64,000 bases of DNA, taken from the human T2T-CHM13v2.0 reference genome, Homo sapiens. The stretch lies in assembly GCF_009914755.1 (NCBI RefSeq), contig NC_060934.1. One strand, written 5' to 3'. Shown here piece by piece: positions 29,623 to 47,654 of this stretch. The notes under the pieces were generated by a model. It was not told the DNA's origin. It searched no databases and was given only the letters and a program-made list of their open reading frames with translations. The stretch's first letter is position 1. The number at the start of each line of letters is the position of its first letter. The translations under genes and the position numbers were made by a program.

Positions 29623-30784
29623 GGGGGGGGGGGGAGGAGGGGAGCTGGGGAGGGGGCGCAATCTACATCTATTGCTGGGTGGGGAAAGGCACGTGTGCCT
29701 ACTTCAGTTCTATCTGCAGCGCCTGTTCAACATCAACGCCCTCTATCCTCGTTTTCTTAAACATGCAGTAGGAAATGGAAGCAAAATATTTATCATTAAA
29801 AATGCATGAAAATGTTAAACTGTCTTTGGGGAACTTATTAAATCAGAGTTCATCAGAAACCTCTGGCTGTAATGCCTAGGCTGCTGTTTTTGAAGAGTCT
29901 TGAAGCCTGAGAGCTCTTTCTGAAGACCACGGTTCTTTGAAATAGCGCATGTTGCCTTTCCTCCAGGGACATTAAATGATGATGGGATCTCTCAGTGGGA
30001 CTGCCCCAGCCATTTGTTTTTTGGACTTTTTAGTACAATAGTAAGCTAAATAATTAGCTGGTGATGTACACTGATCTAGACCCATAATAATTACAGGCAG
30101 AACTGTTGTACCTTGTCATGACCAGCAACTGGTGTGTTTTAATTTTTTTAAGAATTATATCAATCAAAATGGTTTGTGTGCATAATTCGAAACAATACAA
30201 GAGGTCCCAAATATGGTTTCTAGGCAAAAGGAAGTTAGGCAAAATTTGCAATGTATCTTTCCATCTTTGCAGATGTGCTGCCTATCTTTTTGGAAGGAGC
30301 AGAGAAACCAAAGGAATATTTCATTTAAAGTCAGACAACAGTCACATCTCTGAAAAACATTTGTTTTACTTGAGAAGAAAAAACATTAAGTGCTGGGACA
30401 ACAGGATTTATAATACTATCACAGGATTTTTGGAGTATTAGCCATTGCAACACCCACTAATATCACACCAGCTAAAAATTCAGCAAAAGCTTGTTGGTAT
30501 GCCAATCAAATATGACATAAAGACACTGTTCTCTTGCTAATCTGGCTTGATGCAGGAGCATAATTTGAAATACCTTGTCTAATGTATGAACTGCAGATCC
30601 TTCAGGCACTCCTCCCTAAATATTGCTTCTTTCAAGCAAGATTTCCATAAATTTTGAAAGGTAGGGAGCCCTGTTTGTACTCCCTGGGAAATGTCTGGAG
30701 AGTACCTATTTGAAATTCATAGATATATAGACAGATGCAGCTGCCTTAACATGCAGTCTAAGGGCAATTAAAATTCTTCTGTGA

Positions 30785-31097
<313 letters not shown>

Positions 31098-31996
31098 TTA
31101 CAAGGATGCATGTTTGAATAAAAAGCCAGCTCACTGCAGCTTCTGAAAAGCTGAAGAAGACAAGGTTCAATATTCTCCTCTGAAAATGAGGCAGACTAAT
31201 GAATGATCAAGACCCAACATTCTAGTCCATATAGTTTGACCATGAGCACCTAAGCCTGAAAAATACCTGAAGTAAGACTATTCACCCATCTTCAGCCAAA
31301 CTAAAATGCACTTTTAGATTCGTGACTTAGATCAAAGTTTCTTCCTGTTACATAAAACCAGGGAAAATTATTTGTAAAATATATACCAAAATGTGCTATT
31401 TACACAGGTGTGTCCAATTTGTGAAAATTCATCAAGCTCTACACTTAAATGTGCACTTTTTGGCACATATTTTACTTTTAATAGTTTTACTTATATCTGT
31501 ACATATATTGTGTGTGCATATATAGTTATAGACATAAGTATATAAAATAATAAATAGAGGTAATTCATTAAGGTATTGATAGACCCTCAAATAATGAAAA
31601 GAAGTGCTTTTCATTGGGGCTTTTCATTTAATGGCTAGAAACATCTCTAGAAAGTAATTTCATTCCAGTAGCAATTGCTAATGAATAATCAACAGATATA
31701 GTTAATGACTCAGTCAACTAAACGTCACCTTTTCATTAACTGAGTTTTCATAAAGATTTGCTCGGATCTTAATTTTATATACACTGTTGATTTTTAAAAA
31801 AATGTATATAAACTCTTAGTTTAAAAAAAAAGAAATGGAACAGGAGGGGAAAAGTATATGTGGATACTGATGCCTGGAGATGTTGGAGTCATTTTTTAAA
31901 TTTAATACACTTACTTATTAAGTCTTACTCACCTGTTACTACTTCCTATGAAGAATAATGATTTTATTATAGACCAAGTAAAACAACCCAAAATGG

Positions 31997-32339
<343 letters not shown>

Positions 32340-32938
32340 TAGCCAGTATTAACAGTTCAAAAGCAATCTGGAATCATCTAAAAGAGACTACAAGTCAATC
32401 TGCCCTAAATTAACCAGGAAGTCTTTTCCATATCTTATGGTACAATTACAAAAGAATTCTATCTAGAAAAAGAACACAGCCTACAAAAGATTAAAGGCAT
32501 TCAGATCAAGGTGTTTTGTCAAGATTTCCTAGGTGTCCTCTTTATTGGTGCCGTTACAAGGTAAGTGGAGACAGACATAAGCAATTGCTCGGCGTAGCCT
32601 CTCCTACAGAAGAGTTACCTCAATGAACTGAGAACATTCTACCCACTCTCACATTCCAGCTTACTCACCCACATCTACCTTCATGTTTAAGAGCAGCATT
32701 CAGAGACTATAAAAGCAAGGAATTTAAGTCTTCTGCTACTTTAAGGCAAATTGCATCAAGAGGACTATCACAAAATGCAAACACGATGAAAGAATTTCCT
32801 CTTCTTTGCAGAACGCAATTATTCTGCATTAACAATGTCAAGTTCTGCATTCACTAGACCTCCCAGATTTTTATTCTTATCCCTGTATAAATAATCAAAG
32901 CTGCATGTATCTCAGAATGTTGATTAGAAAATACTACA

Positions 32939-33613
<675 letters not shown>

Positions 33614-34199
33614 TCACAAAATTTACCAATTTTCTGATAGCCCTCTAATAAATTAGAAGATTCTTTGGCTCCCAGAACCAACAAAACAAATGAAAAAGAT
33701 TTATAGGGCAATCATATCCATCCACCCAGTGTTTACACAGTGCCTACACTACACAGACTAAAGTATAGCACAGCTCAAACCCTGGACTACATAGGAGGCT
33801 GCCTGGATGACTTCCTCTCTACTTCCTGCTACAGAAAGGTTAAAAAATCTAAATGCCTCTGAAAATAAATTCTTCATCACCATCCCTTCCTCTGGCTTTT
33901 TTTTATATGCCATCAATTTCACAAATAATGAGCAAAAATAAGCTACTCTCATTATATGACTTTCTAGTCACATTTAATTTGCTTTAGTTCAATTTTATCC
34001 TTAGATTCTAAGGTCTCAAGATGGAAACTAGACAGTATTCACCTTTGTATCTGCCCAGAGCTTAACACAGTACATTCAAATACTATAATCAGAATTCAAT
34101 ACATCTTGATGAAATCGGCTTAAATGTCCATAGTCCAGATTTAGTAAAAGGCATTGTTGAACCTGAAAATGCTGCCACTAAAGAACAAGAAATTTGGCT

Positions 34200-35461
<1,262 letters not shown>

Positions 35462-35961
35462 TAGCAAGCTATTATGAAGACATTAATAAATTTTAGCATT
35501 GGTTAGGCTACCAAAGTAATCTAATATAGTCCAGCCCAGATGGGATTTACAGCTGAGATGAGAAATAGCTTCTATATACAAGGTAGCAAACAAACAAGAT
35601 GAAATTACATAAAGACAAACAGAACACTATATCACTGTAAGAGTCTTTGAGTCGGATTACTAAAGGATCAATAGAATGTAAACAAAACAGAAGACACTAC
35701 AGATGAAAAACTAGGGAGGCATCACACATGGGTGCGTTTGTTTTCAGGAGCGCAAGTCATGCACACGTAGGTTTGATATGAAGGGAGAAGAATCAAAGGA
35801 CAAAGTCACTGATCTGATCACAGAACAGGTTTATGTTTGGAAAAGTTTAAAGCTGAATATTTTGAGAACAGCACAATGTGAAGAACAATGGGATCTGGGT
35901 AAAGGGATTAAGACTTGATAGGATTAGGAATAATAGCCCTATCGTTTGACTGTGCCAGCTA

Positions 35962-36298
<337 letters not shown>

Positions 36299-36357
36299 CC
36301 TACTACAACCCTATCATCTAAATACCATTACTACTGTCTCAGTTTACTTATGAGGGA

Positions 36358-36613
36358 ACTGAGTCCAATCTTTTGGCTTTCCTGGGCCACAGTAGAAGAA
36401 TAATTGTCTTCAGCCACACATAAAGTACACTAATACTAATGATAGCTGACGAGCAAAAAAAAAAAATTAATTAAAAAAATAAATTTTTTAAAAAATTAAA
36501 ATCACAAAAACGATCTCCTAATGTTTTAAGAAAGTTTAGGAATTTGTGTTGGGCCACATTCAAAGCCGTCCTGGGCTGCATGCGGCCCATGGGCCGCAGG
36601 TTGGATAGGCTTG
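36358..36613. mobile_element. MER30 hAT element
   Basis: gtccaatcttttggcttt cctgggccac ... ggccgcaggttgga. Confidence 0.88.
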
Positions 36614-38536
36614 ATTTATAACATATTTAAGGTCATACAGTTGGCAGAACTGGGGTTTCAATATAGCAACCTCAGAGCCTTTACAAGTCCACAAAGAAGT
36701 CCTCTGCAAACATGATGTTATGCAAGGAAAGCTTTAAAACCTAATAACAGGGTACGGGGTAAACCGAAGGCTGCATATATACTTAGCAAAGCAGCAGCTG
36801 TAGTAATCTAGGTCAGAAGTGAGCATAATTAGACTAGAATGATAGTGATGAGATTAGAATACAAGAGATTATCGCACAAGAGAATGTCAAAGGGGAAAAG
36901 AGCAGGTCTGAAAGTGAAAAATTAAAGAGGTATTGGGATTCGAAGGTAAGTCCACGGTTCCAAATCTTAGATACAAAAAGAATAATGGTACCCTAAACAG
37001 AAAAGGAATCCATGAAAAAGTGGACGTATTTTTCCATTTTTGATCTTTTGAGTGACATGAAGAGCTATCCACGTGAAATTGTCCAACAGGCTGCCAGGGC
37101 AATGAGACCAAAGCTTGGTTAGAAGAACAGGGCCAGATTAATATTATAAATAACAATTTTATATCCATGCATATTTCTTAAACCAAAGAGAATATTGTTT
37201 TAATATAGAAAACTAACACTGTTACCAAAAAAAGAAAAATAAAGCTTTTAATAGCATAACACTTTCCCACACAATAACAAGTTCCCAAAGTGGCCCTAGC
37301 AACAGCACTCCTATGTATGTTAGTACAAGTCAAAAACTCCCTGCCACCTACTCAAGTCCTTTGCAAACGATTCCATACCCACTGCATTATCTTCGCAGCA
37401 TCTTTTTGGAACACAAAATATTGAGACAGCCTGCTAAATTGCATATGGAAGTTTCCACCAAACATCAGACTTTCGACTTACTGGTGGTATCCATTTTTAA
37501 ATTCCTAATCAATTTAAGGCATACAAACAAAGATTTTTAGGAAATGTTAGAGGTACTGATGGATTTACATGAGCAACCAGGTACTTACAGAAAACACCTG
37601 AAGACACCACAAAAAACTAAAATGTCATCTGGTCTCTATATCATCATGGCTAGATATTATCAAAATGATAGATTTTTAAAAGCAAGTAACAGAATGAAAC
37701 ACACAGTGTATCATTTATGTTAATGAACATGTAACACTGTATAGGTCCTTAAGGAAATATTCATATATAGTAAAAGTAAATTTAGAAAAAGATAAAAGGA
37801 TATATACAAATTCATATTAACTACTTCTGAGAAGAGAGGGAAATAAAACTGGAAAGGGGAACAAAGTATATTTCAAACGTTATCCGTAACATTTCATTTA
37901 TTCCATTTTTTTTAATCTGAAAAAAAAAAAACACCAAAATGTTAATGGAGGTAAAGGTCATTTATTGTGTTCTCTTTGCCATTCATTATTTCTGAAATGT
38001 TACCCAAATTAAAAAAAGAAGGAAAGAAAAGGATCCATATCTCTTGCCTAATGAAGATATCACATGAAACATATCTGACATATTCTGCCTGAATAACTCC
38101 AGGGTGAACAGGGTGAAGCAAGCAGTCAATCTCTATTTTGGACTCAACGTATTTCTTGAAATAGAAATGGCATAATTAGCAGATCTAAATGCTGGTTTGA
38201 TCTCCCAGAGTGAATCTACAGGGTGGGCCTGAGCTACGGGCAAGTTCTCCAGTGGCAGCAACTAGGCAAGGGCACTAAGGCTCAGTATCTCCTAAGGAAG
38301 CTAAGAGGAAGATTCAGAAGGACGAAGCTACTAAAAGTTCTCCCAAATAAATCCATGCCTTCCTTCCTAACCCTTAATTCTCCCTGTTCCCTTTCCAAGT
38401 CCTTCCTCAAGTCACCGATAGAGACGTTCTGCAGGTTAGTGGATCTTTTTCCTTCTAAGAGGTGAATCTCTGATTGGTCTTTCGGGTTTGTCATTGGCTC
38501 ACTACAGAAATGCACAGCATGCTCTTTAAGAATTTC

Positions 38537-38809
38537 GGACAGGCGCAGTGGCTCATGCCTGTAATCCCATCACTTTGGGAGGCCGAGGCGGGTGGATCAC
38601 CTGAGGTCAGGATGGCGAAACCCCATCTCTACTAAAATACAAAAATTAGCTGGGCATGGTGGCACATGCCTATAATCCCAGCAACTCAGGAGGCCGAGGC
38701 AGTAGAATCACTTGAACCCAGGATGTGGAGGTTGCAGTGAGCTGAGATTGCGTCACTGCACTCCAACCTGGGTGACAGAGCGAGACGCTGTCTCAAAAAA
38801 AAAAAAAAA
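38537..38809 (+). mobile_element. AluS with ~22-bp left-arm deletion
   Basis: gaggtcagga|tggcgaaacccc junction. Confidence 0.94.
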
Positions 38810-39312
38810 GAACTCCATGCATTCTTTCAATATCACTTATTCCGCACAGGCATCAGGGATGTAAGTTTAAGGACGGAATTCCTACCTTCAAAGACACGTC
38901 TATTAATTTTTCTTCCACTCAATTTCTTAGTCTTAAAATGTTCCCACCATCAAACACAAGAAAAATCAAGTCTAAACTGTGGCTGAATGATCCCTTAGAA
39001 TTATTATGACTGTCATGAGCCAAGGTAAGAACTTGATGTGTGAGATGAGGCTATCTGAATGGGGCAACCACTTAGGAAGGTCTCTGCCTCCCTAATGTGC
39101 CCAAGCCACCACTGGTAAACCAGGACAATGAGCCATTACAGAGAACAAGGATGAATGCATGCTCATTCATATTTGACTACACTTCTTACCAGCCAGGAAT
39201 TCAGTTCAGCAACTGCCAAGACTGCTATACCTAACAGGACAAAAATAAAGGGAACATTACTGTGTACCTGCTCTAGATTTGTTTTAGGAACAATACGATA
39301 TAAAGAAGTTAT

Positions 39313-39640
39313 ACAGTCGTTCCTCTGTATATGTGGGCGAAAAGTCTCCCGATACCAAAACCTACTGATTCTCAAGCCCCTGATATAAAATAACCCAGTG
39401 TTTGCAAATAACCTGTGCATATCCTCCTGCACACTTTAAATCATCTCTAGATTACTTACAATACCTAATACAATGCAAATGCTATGTAAATAGTTGTTAT
39501 ATTGTTTGGGGAATCATGACAGAAAAAAAGCCTGGACATATTCAGTACAGAAAGAACCATTCATTTTTTTGTTAGTATTTTTTATCTGCAGTTGGTTGAA
39601 TTCCCTGATGCAGAACCCATGCATACAGGGGCCTGACGGT
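39313..39640. mobile_element. MER2 (Tigger family)
   Basis: ctttaaatcatctctagattacttacaatacctaatacaatg...gctatgtaaatagttgtt; TA flanks. Confidence 0.85.
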
Positions 39641-40119
39641 ATAGTGATGTCATATGCAGTCCAAATTTCAGGAACAGAATTCCTTTTAACAGGGCTTAGG
39701 CATAAAAAAAATGGTGTGATTTCTAGTACTCTTGACTCCAGATTAATAAATAGCAACAGAGTAATAAAGTTTCCCAGAATCTAGACTCCTAAAGGCAGGC
39801 TAGGGCGCAGCCTAGAGGAGGTGCAACAGCCAAGACCCTGATCATCTCAGACCCTGGGAAAGCGCAGGCCAGACAAAGGTCACATGCGACCTCCACATAA
39901 CAGGGTCAAAACTGTCCCATGAGAGACAAATGGGCATGTGCCTGGCAAAGCAATACAGGGTGCCAATTTAGACAAAAAGAGAAAGAAAAATGCATGCCTT
40001 GTACACATTCCTGTGTCTGACTAGAGTGGAGGGTATGTAAAAGAAAAACAAGAGTAATGGAAAATACCATATACAGGCCTCAATATGACAGGCTTTGAAA
40101 GGCAAACTGAGTAATTTAG

Positions 40120-40491
<372 letters not shown>

Positions 40492-40714
40492 TAAAAAGGA
40501 AGATGACTTCTGTACCAACATTCTGTACACACAATGAAGTGGTAATGAGTATCTGCTCAAAGAAGGTAGCAGCAGTAACTCAGAGAGACAAATGACAACA
40601 TGAGATTCTATGAGTAGGAAGAGATGACAATATCAGGTTATTGACCAGATAGCAGAGACAGAAAAAATAAAAACAGCTTTTTTAGGGTATTTACCAACAA
40701 TACTGTTAATTAAT

Positions 40715-40960
40715 AATAGCAATTAGCATTTACTGACCTTTGGTATGTGCCAGGCACTGCACTAAATACTTCTAATGTGTTATCGGATTTAATTCTCACT
40801 ACCAACTTTTGTGGTAGGTACTCTAATTAGCCTGTTTCAGTTAAGAAAATGGAGGTTTGGAGAGAATAAATAACTTGTCTAAATTCATAAAACCAGCAAT
40901 AAGCAGGGCTGGAATTTAGAAGCCAACATGTCTAGTTTTACGGTCCACATTCTTAACCAT
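40715..40960 (-). mobile_element. MIR
   Basis: tatgtgccaggcactgcactaa...ggtaggtact...gaaaatggagg...cttaaccatt. Confidence 0.75.
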
Positions 40961-42349
40961 TAGGACGTATGGCCCTAACGTTTTCAGTTGCATGCCGAGG
41001 GCAGTGTACACCAATTAAGCAAGGAAGACAGCTGTGGAAACCAGCGTTGCAGGACACTGGAAGGCTACAAGCAGAGTCATCGTTAAGAAGAACACCCACC
41101 TTTCTTTCTCTTCACAATGAGGCTTTTGGCCTTGGAGAAGCTAAATTTTGTTCAAAGCCTAGGAGAACCTGCTGTTTATGAACATTCCTGTAAAAGGAAG
41201 TGCACAGGTGGTTCCTGTTAGTTCCATTGGCACTGTGATGTAATCTCTGACATTATCACAGACAGCTGTGTGCCTCACAGGGCACCAAGGGGCCAGAGAA
41301 AACTACACCTCAGTATATTGTCTCTTTTCCAGCAAATGTGGCTGCCCGCTTCCAGGGCAGTTCAGCAACCTTGGCTGATAAAATAGGAACCTGAGCCTCA
41401 TCTACAGTGGATCTGGGAATGTTCTCTTCCTATCAATTTGTGTACCACTTAAAAATGCTTACAGCTGGCTTTGGAGGAAGAGCGGTTAAAATCAAACGTA
41501 CTCACTCTGAGACATTCAAATATCCAGGATATAGCCACTGAGCAACTGCAAATTTGCTACAGCAAATTAGGGCTCAGGTGGATTCACTGAACTGGAGCTC
41601 ATTAAAGCCACAGGCAGTTTAGAAGCCACTCAGACAGAAATGAGAGCTGAAACCAAGACAATGGGCAAACGCACAATCGGGGCGGTGGGGGTGAGTAAGT
41701 GGGAAAAGGACTGAAGACACTCCCACAATTAAAGGACAGGAGCGTAAAGAAAAACAGTGGCAGAAACCAAGAAGAAACCAGAAATGGAGGAACTAAGCTC
41801 CCCATCTCCAGTCATCAAATCTTCTCCCTTACACTGTTCGGATCTGTGTTACTCCTCAGTTCAACCCCTCGCTATTGCCTGCTTGTTCTGTGTCGGTGAC
41901 CTCCTCCCAACCTGACCCCCACAACAACAACATAGTGAATTAACTGAACTCCATATATGATTATGACATGACTGGAAAGTTCTATAGCCTGTGTCTCAAC
42001 CTGAGGTACGGTGTGTGGATAGGGGTAGGCATTAAAAAAAGATACCTTTTTCTGGTGTGTCAGTTGCGCACAGTGGAAAGTAACTTTTAATCTTTTACAT
42101 GAAACATAAAATTTCATAACAATGTCATGCCTGCAGTGGGCTACTTTTCAATGTGACCCAGTCTTCTCCTGGGAAGAGGTGCACGTTGGTGGAGTAACTT
42201 AAGGCACTGGCCAAAATAGGTGAAACTTGTGCTTATCCAAATTATGTGAAGGAGCCAAAGAAAGAAAGATTAAAGATCCATAAAGGGGAGGAAATTTCCA
42301 ATATGAATTCAAATCCTACAGTTCTTACACACTGGTCTCTGATGTATAG

Positions 42350-42550
42350 GAGAATGGGTAACCTGGGTTTGAATCCTGGCTCTACCAGTTCCTAGTTATA
42401 TGACCCCAAAGGCAAATTACCTAACTTCTCCCTGACTCCATTTTTCTACTTGTAAATGTAAATGGAATACTCAAAGAGCTGAATTAAGCATGGACATCTA
42501 GGGAGGGTTTGCATAACACAGCACCTGGCATACTGTAAAGAACCAAGAAA
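42350..42550 (+). mobile_element. MIR
   Basis: acctgggtttgaatcctggctctacca...ggcaaattacctaacttctc. Confidence 0.7.
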
Positions 42551-42553
42551 TGA

Positions 42554-43007
<454 letters not shown>

Positions 43008-43114
43008 TAGCTCCATATGCAAAAATAAGACTAAATTTAAATACCCAGTTTCAGACCCATCTGGAAATTAGAAGCACCCAGGATAACAGAAGCCAAGTCA
43101 AAATCACTTTAGTT

Positions 43115-43198
43115 ATCATTTATTAAGTGTAAGACACTGAACTGAAAACAACTGAAATCATTTATTAAGTGTAAGACACTGAACTGAAAACAACTGAA
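43115..43198. repeat. Perfect 42-bp tandem duplication
   Basis: atcatttattaagtgtaagacactgaactgaaaacaactgaa x2. Confidence 0.97.
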
Positions 43199-44279
43199 CA
43201 GATCTTGGTGGTGAGATTAATAGTTGGTATGAACACCAATGATTAAGTAAAGTACTTTACTGAGGATACCACTCTGAAATGCACATGAAAGGAAGCACAC
43301 AGGAAAAACCAGTGTCACCAAGATCCCTGCTGATCAAGGACAGCTGTTAACTGGTTCCCAGGAGGGGTACACAAATGTACACAGACATTTATATAATCTT
43401 CTGTTGTCTAGGCACCAAGTCTTGTGTATTCAGTAATCACTCAAATCATGAGAAGGAATTCAGGGAGGGAGCAGCAGCTTAAAAACAGGTCTGGCCTGAA
43501 GCAGGAGGACCTGTTTCAAGTCACAGGCAGCATTAGCAGGAAGAAGCCAGTGAAGTCTGCAGCTGAAGACTGAAGAAAGTTGCCTTCCCTTCCTTTCTCC
43601 TCTCACCCTAATTCCAATAGGACCTCTTCAGTCTCATCTGACTGCCCCCTCTACATAATAGGTTTCACTGACTGCTTCCATTTTTTCCGAAGAAAACTTT
43701 ATCTTATTGTCTATCAGACATTTCTCAAAATTATGAATTTTAAAGTGGGGGGAATATTGGAGTAAATAGAACTTTTGTTTGCATTCCACCCATGGAATGA
43801 TTGTAACAAATCAATGTAACAAGAACAGAGGTCAACTTTTCACTTACTCTATTATGAACCTTGAAGGCAAGGATGCTTTATACATTTTTGAATCTGATCT
43901 CAGAATACAATATAAGATACATAAAAGGATAATGACATGCAATGAATACATCATTCTAAAGACAAGAACAAGTGTTTTAATTTTTTTATTCCCATTTAAC
44001 AGCCCCAAGATGTCTCAGCCATTATTTTTTTATTTCAAGTGAATTAAGCTACTTTCAGAATAGAACAAAATGACTTTTCTATTAATAGTTTCCTTTAGAT
44101 TTGCTTCTAAAAACCAGACAATTTAGCTTGGTGTTTCCAACAAAAATGCTGTAGAGACCAATTTAATTTACACAACCTGAACAGTCCTGTTCTAAGGGAC
44201 TAATCTAAGAGACCAGCTCATAATATTGAAAACTGATGTTAAAAACAAAAACAAAAAAGAATCAGGCATTTAACCTACC

Positions 44280-44574
44280 TTTTCTTTTTTTGAGATGAAG
44301 TTTCGCTCTTGTTGCCCAGGCTGGAGTGCAATGGCGCAATCTTGGCTCACTGCAACCTCCACCTCCTGGGTTAAAATGATTCTCCTGCCTCAGCCTCCCC
44401 AGTAACTGGGATTACAGGCAACACACCACCACACCCAGCTAATTTTGTATTTTTAGTAGAGACGGGGTTTCTCTGTGTTGGTCAGGCTGGTCTCCAACTC
44501 CCGGCCTAAGATGATCCGCCCACCTCGGCCTCCCAAAGTGCTAGGATTACAGGTGTGAGCCACTGTGCCCAGCC
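44280..44574 (-). mobile_element. AluS (Sp/Sq-like)
   Basis: tttcgctcttgttgccc; TSD aacctacctttt. Confidence 0.95.
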
Positions 44575-45091
44575 AACCTACCTTTTCTGTACTAACTAGA
44601 TCTCAAAGAGTTGATGAGGGGAAGTTTCTCTTCATAAAAATATTCTAATAACTAAAACAGGAAAACAATAAAAATATCACCATTTTGCAAACCCTTGATA
44701 AAATAATGGATCTAGGCAATGGTTATCAATGGTCATGAACACTACAAAAAGTGAGACAACCAATATTACCTGACTGGGGTGAGAAGTACAGGCCACCACC
44801 TACGAAGTAGTTTTGCCAAAAAAAATAGAAACTGAATCAAATCAAGATCTGATTACTATTTACAGGCATTAAAAGAACAAAAGAACATGTTAAACCATTC
44901 ATTAAACAAAAAGCATTACAACAGGTGGTAGCCTGTTTTTTTTTTTATTTAATTATGATAACCAAACAAGTACTTTTTGATAAATGAACATAACTTTCTT
45001 CATGTTCTCTTTGTGATTATCTTCATCTTAAAAGATGAGGAAAGTCTATCAAGTACAAGCATGTTTATGGATGTGCTTATTTATTGTGTAA

Positions 45092-45624
<533 letters not shown>

Positions 45625-46361
45625 TCACTGTGAGGAGCCCACTTTCAACTGAACTGGCACCAGCTGTTCTCAAAGTGCTCCAAGACACCCTGGGGGTCCT
45701 CAGGCACCTTTCAGGACGTCCATGACATCAAAATTATCATTATAATAATGCAAACAGGTCATTCACAACTTTCATAGGCTGACAGGAAGCACTGATGATC
45801 AAAGCAAGGGTGTATAAAATTGCTGGCCCCTTAGCACAAATCAAGACAGTGGCACCACCAGTATAGGTCCTCATGACCACTGCGAACTCACAGTGGGAAA
45901 AAAAAAGGACGGTTTCATATAAAAATATCCTTGATGAAACAGTGAACATTAGCAATTGCATGAAATCTCAACCCCTGAGTATGTGCCCTTTTGACCTTTT
46001 TAATATTCTTTGTGCTGAAATAGGAAAGTTCACATGAAGGAGCTGTGCGGCATACTGAAGTATGGAGGTTGCCTGAAGGAAAAGAATTTATGCCAACCGT
46101 TTGATCAACAAGCTGAACTAGCAGTTTTTGTTTATAGAATATCATTTTTACATGAAATAAAAACTAAAAGTATTAGTATTTAAAGTTGGGTATTTGGCAC
46201 ACACTTTCTCAAACGCAAAATTAGCCTGTTGCTTCAAAAAAAAATAATAACTGACCTATTTGTTGCCAATGATAAAAGTCAAGCCTTCAAACAAAAATTA
46301 GATACTTGGAAAAATTGTATCTGCCACCAAGAGTGTGACAGCTTTCCCAATATGCAGACGG

Positions 46362-46790
46362 TTAATAAGACGGTATTGTGTCCTTAAAAATTTGTAGAGG
46401 GTAGATCTCATGTTAAGTGTTTTTAACACACAAAATAAAAATAAAACACAAAGACACAAGGAAACTTTGGAGGTGATGGACACGTTTATCACCTGGATTG
46501 TGGAGATGGTAAATGTAATATAAAGTTTATTTGCAATGTGGAATATGGAGCCATATGAGTGAATGTTTCTCACTTTGTGGTATTTAAATCCATTGGTCTT
46601 TCTTTCATTTTGGATCTTTCTTATTCATGCATGATTTGGAAAATACTGGCTCATGGAAATAAATGTTAGCACATGTTATAATGCCAAATACAGGAGTGTA
46701 TACATTTGTCCAAACTCAACAAATTCTATACATTGATTATATGCAGGTTTTTGTATACCAATTATATCTCAATAAAGCTGGAGGGGAAGA
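46362..46790 (+). mobile_element. L1MA/MB 3' end nested in Charlie, split by an inverted insert
   Basis: gagggtagatctcatgttaagtgt...ggaggtgatgga...attatatctcaataaagctg. Confidence 0.75.
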
Positions 46791-47271
46791 AGACTTTTCA
46801 AGAGATGACCGCTGATTTCAACAAATGTAATTTTTTTCTAATGGTATTATAAAATGTGCTAACATTTAATTCCATGAATCAGTATTTCCCAAATGATACA
46901 TGAGTAAGAAAGATCCAAAATGAAAGAGAGGTCAATGGATTTTAATGCAACAAAGTAAGAAAAGTTTACTGATATGGTTTCAGATTCCACACCGCAAATA
47001 AGCTTTAAGAAATGGCCACTTGCAGAGTTTGGTGTAGCATCAAAGGGAATATCCACAATTATCAGAAAAGACTATTAAAACACGCCTCCATTTCCAACTA
47101 CAGATGTGCCTGAGGTTGGATTTTCTTCACATATTCCAACCAAACAACAAATCACAACAGATTGAATGCAGAAGCAGTTATGAGAATCCAGCTGCTTCTA
47201 CGAAACCAGACGTTATAGAGAACCGCAAAAATGTAAACCACCACCACTCTTTCCCTAAACTATCTTTGTAA

Positions 47272-47654
<383 letters not shown>

